This document shows, in pieces, positions 59,628-64,000 of a DNA stretch of 64,000 bases. Position 1 is the stretch's first letter; each line of letters starts with the position of its first letter. Both the position numbers and the translations under genes were made by a program. The notes beneath the pieces are model-generated. The model worked only from the letters and a program-made list of their open reading frames with translations. It made no database searches and was not told where the DNA came from. Origin of the DNA: Vulcanimicrobiota bacterium (GTDB lineage Bacteria; Vulcanimicrobiota; Xenobia; Xenobiales; JADMJV01); NCBI GenBank assembly GCA_050250895.1, contig JBFWNU010000001.1, positions 1,256,008 to 1,320,007 on the forward strand, given 5' to 3'.

Positions 59628-60433
59628 GCCACGCCGGCCGTGATCGGTTCCCACAACTTCCAGAAATGCTGATAGGCCACCCGGGTGCCGACATCGATCG
59701 GTCGCCCTTCGAGGTGAACCACATCGTGGCGGCCTTCGGCCAGAAATCGGGTGAAGGCGAGCGTGAATTCGGATTCGTCCGAATTCTCGTCGATCTGCTC
59801 CAAGAAGGTGGCCGAAAAGACCGTGCGGCCGAAGCCTCGCACCGACCGTTTGCGATTAGAGAGTTGGGGAGTGCCGGTTTCGCCGAGCAGACCGACCAGC
59901 GTATAAACGGGACCCTCGCCGGTGACTTCAAAGCCCCGGGCGCCAGCGAAAAGCTCCGTCTCGGCCACCGGGACCGAGACCATCGAGGACAGGGTTTGCT
60001 GGCCTTGATAGTGGCTCACCAGTTGGGCCGTCGCCCCGGGCGAGCCCATCAGCAGCTGGTCGGGCAGCAACATTACGAAGGGCATCCCTTTGATCGCCTT
60101 GCGGGCCGCCAGCAGGGCGTCGCCCAGACCGAGCGGCTCTTTTTGGATGACGAAATCGAGCTGCATGCTCTTGGGCACCGGACCGGGGCAGTGGGCCCGC
60201 TCGGGAAACGGATAAGGCTCCGTGAGATGCCGCTGGAGGATCTCTTTTCCCTCGCGCAATACGATGATGACGTGCTCGATGCCCGCCTCTTTGAGTTCGT
60301 CGATGGCGTGCTCGATGAGCGGCTTGTGCCCCAGTGGCAGGAGTTCTTTGGGGACCACCCGGGTGAGAGGTAGCATGCGGGTGCCCAGGCCGGCGCACGG
60401 AATGACCGCGGTCTTGACGGGAACTGGATTCAA
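59624..60433 (-). CDS. GalU-like sugar-phosphate nucleotidyltransferase
   Basis: AGLGTRMLP.T...PKELLP, QKEPLGLGDA, LLPD, DVG. Confidence 0.82.
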   Translation of the reverse strand: MNPVPVKTAVIPCAGLGTRMLPLTRVVPKELLPLGHKPLIEHAIDELKEAGIEHVIIVLREGKEILQRHLTEPYPFPERAHCPGPVPKSMQLDFVIQKEPLGLGDALLAARKAIKGMPFVMLLPDQLLMGSPGATAQLVSHYQGQQTLSSMVSVPVAETELFAGARGFEVTGEGPVYTLVGLLGETGTPQLSNRKRSVRGFGRTVFSATFLEQIDENSDESEFTLAFTRFLAEGRHDVVHLEGRPIDVGTRVAYQHFWKLWEPITAGVA

Positions 60434-60440
60434 GCTTCGG

Positions 60441-62282
60441 CTACCTCTTCCTCATCGCTTTGTAACAATAGTAGATTAGGGGCACTATACCCACCCTGGG
60501 ACTGAAATACTCCAGCATGAAGGCACGGCCGGCCTGACCCAGGTCGGTGCGCAGCTCTGGGTCGACTATCAGCTCTTCCAGGCAGGCTTCGAGTCCCGCG
60601 AGATCGGTCGAACGCCACGGAAAGGTAACTCCCATTCCCCAATACTCCCGATGCCGATTTCGGTTGAACTGGTCAAATGCCTGCACCATCGGGCGACACA
60701 GATACATCGCTTCGTCACCGGACAGGCCGTGGTAGCCCCGGAGCTGGTTAAACGTGATATCGGTTTGCTGGCGGATTCGCAAGATCTCGCTGTGAGGACG
60801 TCCCCCCACCTGCCAGAATTCGACCTGGTCCTGGTGGCGGGCCTTGAGCGCCCTGGCGGCGGCCAGGTAGGCCTCGGTGTCCTTGTGGTAGTAGTAGCGG
60901 CATAGCTGCCGGTGGGGCAGACTGGGCGTTTGCAGAACCCTCACGACGCCGTCGGTTTGCGAGAGAGGCGGTTCGAGTTCGACCTGATCCAGGGTGGCCG
61001 GCGGAAAACCCGCATAGAAGTCGGCTTCAGGGTACATCCGCATGATATGGGGCAGCGGGGTCAGGATCTGGCGGCCCGGTCGGCGCAATTCTGCGCTCAT
61101 GGTATGGACTCGATAGCCGATGTAGAGATGCACCACCGCTTTACCCTCGACGAAGGGACGAAGGTCGAGTGGCCAGGCCGGCCGGGTTTCGTCATCATCC
61201 TCGAAAAAGACGAAGCAATCCGCTTCTTCCAGGATCTTCACCAGCTCGGGGCCGGGAGGGCCGCTGTCGAGAAAGTGAGCGCCGCAATCCTGGTCGGGAT
61301 AACTGACGAACGGATGGCGTTGGGTGCACAGTGACCACGCCTGGTGGGGAGTGTAACGGTTGATGGTGTAGGCGTGGTTGAGCACCGAGGCGGCGATGTT
61401 TTGCGAGTCGGCCAGCACGATTTTCAAGCGAACAGCGTCAGGAATGGCGAAGCGGTCCAGCCAATGTTTGCGTGCAAAGCCTTTGCGCGCACAAAAGAGG
61501 GGGCGCCGACCGTCGGGGGCCTCGGGGGGGCCGTCGCCGGCCGCTCCGGCTCGAGGATGCAGGATCTCGACCTCCCAGTCGGGCCCCAGCAAATCGGCCA
61601 GATCGGTGTCGGCGGGGCCTCGGGCGAACTCGTTGTCATAGTCGCGATAGCGGAAGGTCTGGCTAGCCCCCTCGAGGGGAAGATTGACCGGCTCGATACA
61701 GATGGCCCGGCCAGTTTGCTGAAGCTGGCTCAAGAGTTCCGGTTGATAGCTCAGTCCGAAGAGCGAGAGGGTGGTGTCGCCGCCAGCGACCTGCAGATGT
61801 CGGCGCACCTGGTCGGGCGCCGCTAGCAGCTGGCAATCGGCAGGAGGCTCGAAATCGCCCAATACCTCGAGGGGATCGTGGCGCGGCCGTTCCATGGGCT
61901 GAGCGGGGGTGGCTTGCAGCTGACGCCAGGCCGACTCGGGTTCTGAAGCCTGGGCCGGTCCGAGCACGCCAATGCCCTCTCGCTGGCAGAATTCCTTCAG
62001 TGGCTGGTCCTCCTGACCGAGCACGACCCAATCCGGACGCTCTTCGAGCAAAGCCCGGCGAGTAGCCCGAGCAAACCATTCGTCATCGGGTGGCGTCGGC
62101 GCGGTCTGGCGCGAGAACTCTCGATAGTAGCGCACGATGAAAGGATTGTCGTCTAGCCGCCATTCGCCTTCGGTCTCGATGAGCGACATGCCGTCGCAGA
62201 GTCGGTGATAGTACAGGTATCGAGTGAGCGGCACCAGGGGGGCCAGCTGGTCGGCCGTGCGGCTGATGGTCATCACTTTCAA
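60441..62282 (-). CDS. Hypothetical protein with possible C-terminal GT-B-like domain
   Basis: HGLSGDEAM...PM, DPELRTDLGQAGRAF pattern; heads sugar operon. Confidence 0.6.
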   Translation of the reverse strand: MKVMTISRTADQLAPLVPLTRYLYYHRLCDGMSLIETEGEWRLDDNPFIVRYYREFSRQTAPTPPDDEWFARATRRALLEERPDWVVLGQEDQPLKEFCQREGIGVLGPAQASEPESAWRQLQATPAQPMERPRHDPLEVLGDFEPPADCQLLAAPDQVRRHLQVAGGDTTLSLFGLSYQPELLSQLQQTGRAICIEPVNLPLEGASQTFRYRDYDNEFARGPADTDLADLLGPDWEVEILHPRAGAAGDGPPEAPDGRRPLFCARKGFARKHWLDRFAIPDAVRLKIVLADSQNIAASVLNHAYTINRYTPHQAWSLCTQRHPFVSYPDQDCGAHFLDSGPPGPELVKILEEADCFVFFEDDDETRPAWPLDLRPFVEGKAVVHLYIGYRVHTMSAELRRPGRQILTPLPHIMRMYPEADFYAGFPPATLDQVELEPPLSQTDGVVRVLQTPSLPHRQLCRYYYHKDTEAYLAAARALKARHQDQVEFWQVGGRPHSEILRIRQQTDITFNQLRGYHGLSGDEAMYLCRPMVQAFDQFNRNRHREYWGMGVTFPWRSTDLAGLEACLEELIVDPELRTDLGQAGRAFMLEYFSPRVGIVPLIYYCYKAMRKR

Positions 62283-62365
62283 GGCGCACCGACTTTCAAG
62301 AACGGGCAGGGGCTTTCCCTTTTCTCGACAGGAAACCGGCTGCTTGTCTGGTTAAATCACTAAGG

Positions 62366-63136
62366 GTGAATATAGTTCAAGAATTTCCCGCCCTTCGCGC
62401 TCCCTTGAGCCGCGCGCTGGTGGCCTCGGGCCGGGCCCTCGATGACCAGCTCTGGCAGGACGAGGCCTTCACTGACCTCTTCACCCGCGAAGTCTATCGC
62501 GAAGCGAATCTGCCGGAACTGGTGCGCACCGAGGTCTACTCGAGCTTTATCGGCCCCGGTCCCGGCGGGGTCTTAGCGGCCGGCTGGCTGGCCGAAAAGG
62601 AGTTGCTGGATCAGGAGTTGATCGAAGAGTTCCTCTTTTGTCTGCCGCTAGGTCCCTACGTGGCGGGAGCCCTGGACCCTCTCGAGGCGCTCGAGGCCGC
62701 CGAGGGGTTGTTCGAAGGGGGCTGGGTTCGCCAACGGCCTTTACTGGTGGCCCATCTGCTGAGTTCGCGAGCGCTCCAGGACCGTTCACGCCAGGCTCTG
62801 CTTCATCGTGTCTACAGGGCTCCCTGGGCCGGTCGCGAGTTGCGCCAGACCCTGACCGACTGGGCCCTATTCTGCCAATCGGATCAACTCGAGGGCTTTC
62901 CGGCTCCCCATTCCGCTCTCTTCTCGCCGGCTCTGGTGGGTAGCGTGATGTTGGGGCGTCCCTTGAACGAGGTGGTGAGGGTGGCCGAATCGCGGCCGGT
63001 GCTGTGCAAGTCGACGCTAGAACGTCTGGTGGAGTGGCTCGACGGTGGTCGGACCACGGGGGGTCCCCGTCTGAGTCGCCGCGCACGGACTTTCCTCAAG
63101 CCCAGGCGGAGCGAAGCCCGGCGTCAGGTGGGCTAG
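62366..63136 (+). CDS. Hypothetical protein
   Basis: 256-aa ORF with protein-like composition. Confidence 0.6.
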   Translation: MNIVQEFPALRAPLSRALVASGRALDDQLWQDEAFTDLFTREVYREANLPELVRTEVYSSFIGPGPGGVLAAGWLAEKELLDQELIEEFLFCLPLGPYVAGALDPLEALEAAEGLFEGGWVRQRPLLVAHLLSSRALQDRSRQALLHRVYRAPWAGRELRQTLTDWALFCQSDQLEGFPAPHSALFSPALVGSVMLGRPLNEVVRVAESRPVLCKSTLERLVEWLDGGRTTGGPRLSRRARTFLKPRRSEARRQVG

Positions 63137-63627
63137 CTGCCGTAGGCTTTCGAGAAGCGCACTCGCTGACACAGGCTCATTTGAAAGAGCTGGTTCATGG
63201 CGTTGCTGCTCGAGGAGTTGCTGTTGCAGTCGGGCAAGGGTTCTTCCACCGGCTTGGGCACGAAGGCGGGCACGCCGCGGGCGGCGATGGTGGTGTTTTC
63301 GATGCGGGTTCCGTCGACGGGGATGGGCATACGACCCACCACGGTCTGGCGAACTTGGAGCGAGAAGATTGCGTTTTCGTCGACGTTGGAGCTCTGAGGC
63401 TCCTGGTAGCGACGGGCTCGGTCGGGGTCATCAAAGCCCTCGAGCCAGAAGATTTCCAGGTCGTCGGCCAGTTCCATGAGGCTGCGCAGCGAGGCCCAAT
63501 TGCGTTTGGGTTTGCTGTCTGCTTCTTCCTGTTCGGCCTCGACGGGTTGGCGCCGCCGTCCACGTCCATAGCCGCCACCGGGGCTTCCTGACCCGTCCTG
63601 TCCGACTCTGAGTGTTCTGGCTTGCAT
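63133..63627 (-). CDS. Hypothetical protein
   Basis: AGGAGAGG upstream of MQART; convergent overlap with previous gene. Confidence 0.55.
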   Translation of the reverse strand: MQARTLRVGQDGSGSPGGGYGRGRRRQPVEAEQEEADSKPKRNWASLRSLMELADDLEIFWLEGFDDPDRARRYQEPQSSNVDENAIFSLQVRQTVVGRMPIPVDGTRIENTTIAARGVPAFVPKPVEEPLPDCNSNSSSSNAMNQLFQMSLCQRVRFSKAYGS

Positions 63628-63692
63628 CCTGGTTGTTCCTCTCCTGAGCATAGAGTAGAGGAACTGGCTGAAATATCGCTGAAAGCTGGGCC

Positions 63693-64000
63693 ATGTCGGA
63701 TACGGTCGAACTGGAACTCGAGCGGCAGGTGCTGCGGGCCGGCGAGAAGGTCCAAGGGGTGCTGCTGGTCCACGGCATCCCTCACTACGAGTGGATCAAG
63801 GTCGAGCTCCACGGTGAAGAGGTGTTGGGAGCCAATAGCACTGCCTTCTCGGTGGTCTACCCGGTGGTCGAGAAAGGGCTGCGGTTGGCCGAGAAAGGCG
63901 AGGCCCTGAGCGAGCAGCGCTTTCCCATCGAGTTCGAGCTGCCCGACGATTGCCCGCCCTCGTACGCCAGCCGCGAGTTACGCTGTCACTACTTCTTGAA
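63693..64000 (+). CDS. Arrestin-N/SpoOM-like protein (runs off window)
   Basis: Hand translation MSDTVELELERQVLRAGEKVQG...IKVELHGEE...FPIEFELPDDCPPSY...CHYFL. Confidence 0.65.
   Translation, partial: MSDTVELELERQVLRAGEKVQGVLLVHGIPHYEWIKVELHGEEVLGANSTAFSVVYPVVEKGLRLAEKGEALSEQRFPIEFELPDDCPPSYASRELRCHYFL

Overview
A GC-rich, gene-dense bacterial chromosomal segment with no detectable transposase, integrase, prophage or CRISPR array. It carries gntK-gntP, split transsulfuration genes (cystathionine gamma-lyase/synthase and CBS), a tandem asparagine-synthase-family pair with a GT4, guaB-ispF, a partial flagellar cluster (FliK-like, FlhB-like, two rod genes, FlgJ-like, fliA), two membrane HD-GYP proteins, a tRNA-Arg/tadA/2x tRNA-Ser/large SRP RNA block, recF plus a DciA-like gene inverted relative to gyrB-gyrA, and a nucleotide-sugar cluster. 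The long Alu-type SRP RNA and flagellar gene layout point to a Terrabacteria lineage; the style of the hypothetical genes is reminiscent of Ca. Eremiobacterota (inference only). The strongest unexplained signals are: (1) a candidate sigma-28-dependent ~90-nt RNA with C-rich anti-SD motifs upstream of the asnB pair; (2) one promoter architecture, CCTCTTGA-N6-CTTAAC-N10-YAGTCT-N6-start codon, shared by two unrelated genes 25 kb apart; (3) a 603-aa disordered protein built from two families of repeated short motifs with a C-terminal hydrophobic tail; (4) a GyrA with natural substitutions at drug-binding positions, downstream of phased A-tracts at the gyrB promoter region. All calls are by eye from motifs; no searches were run.
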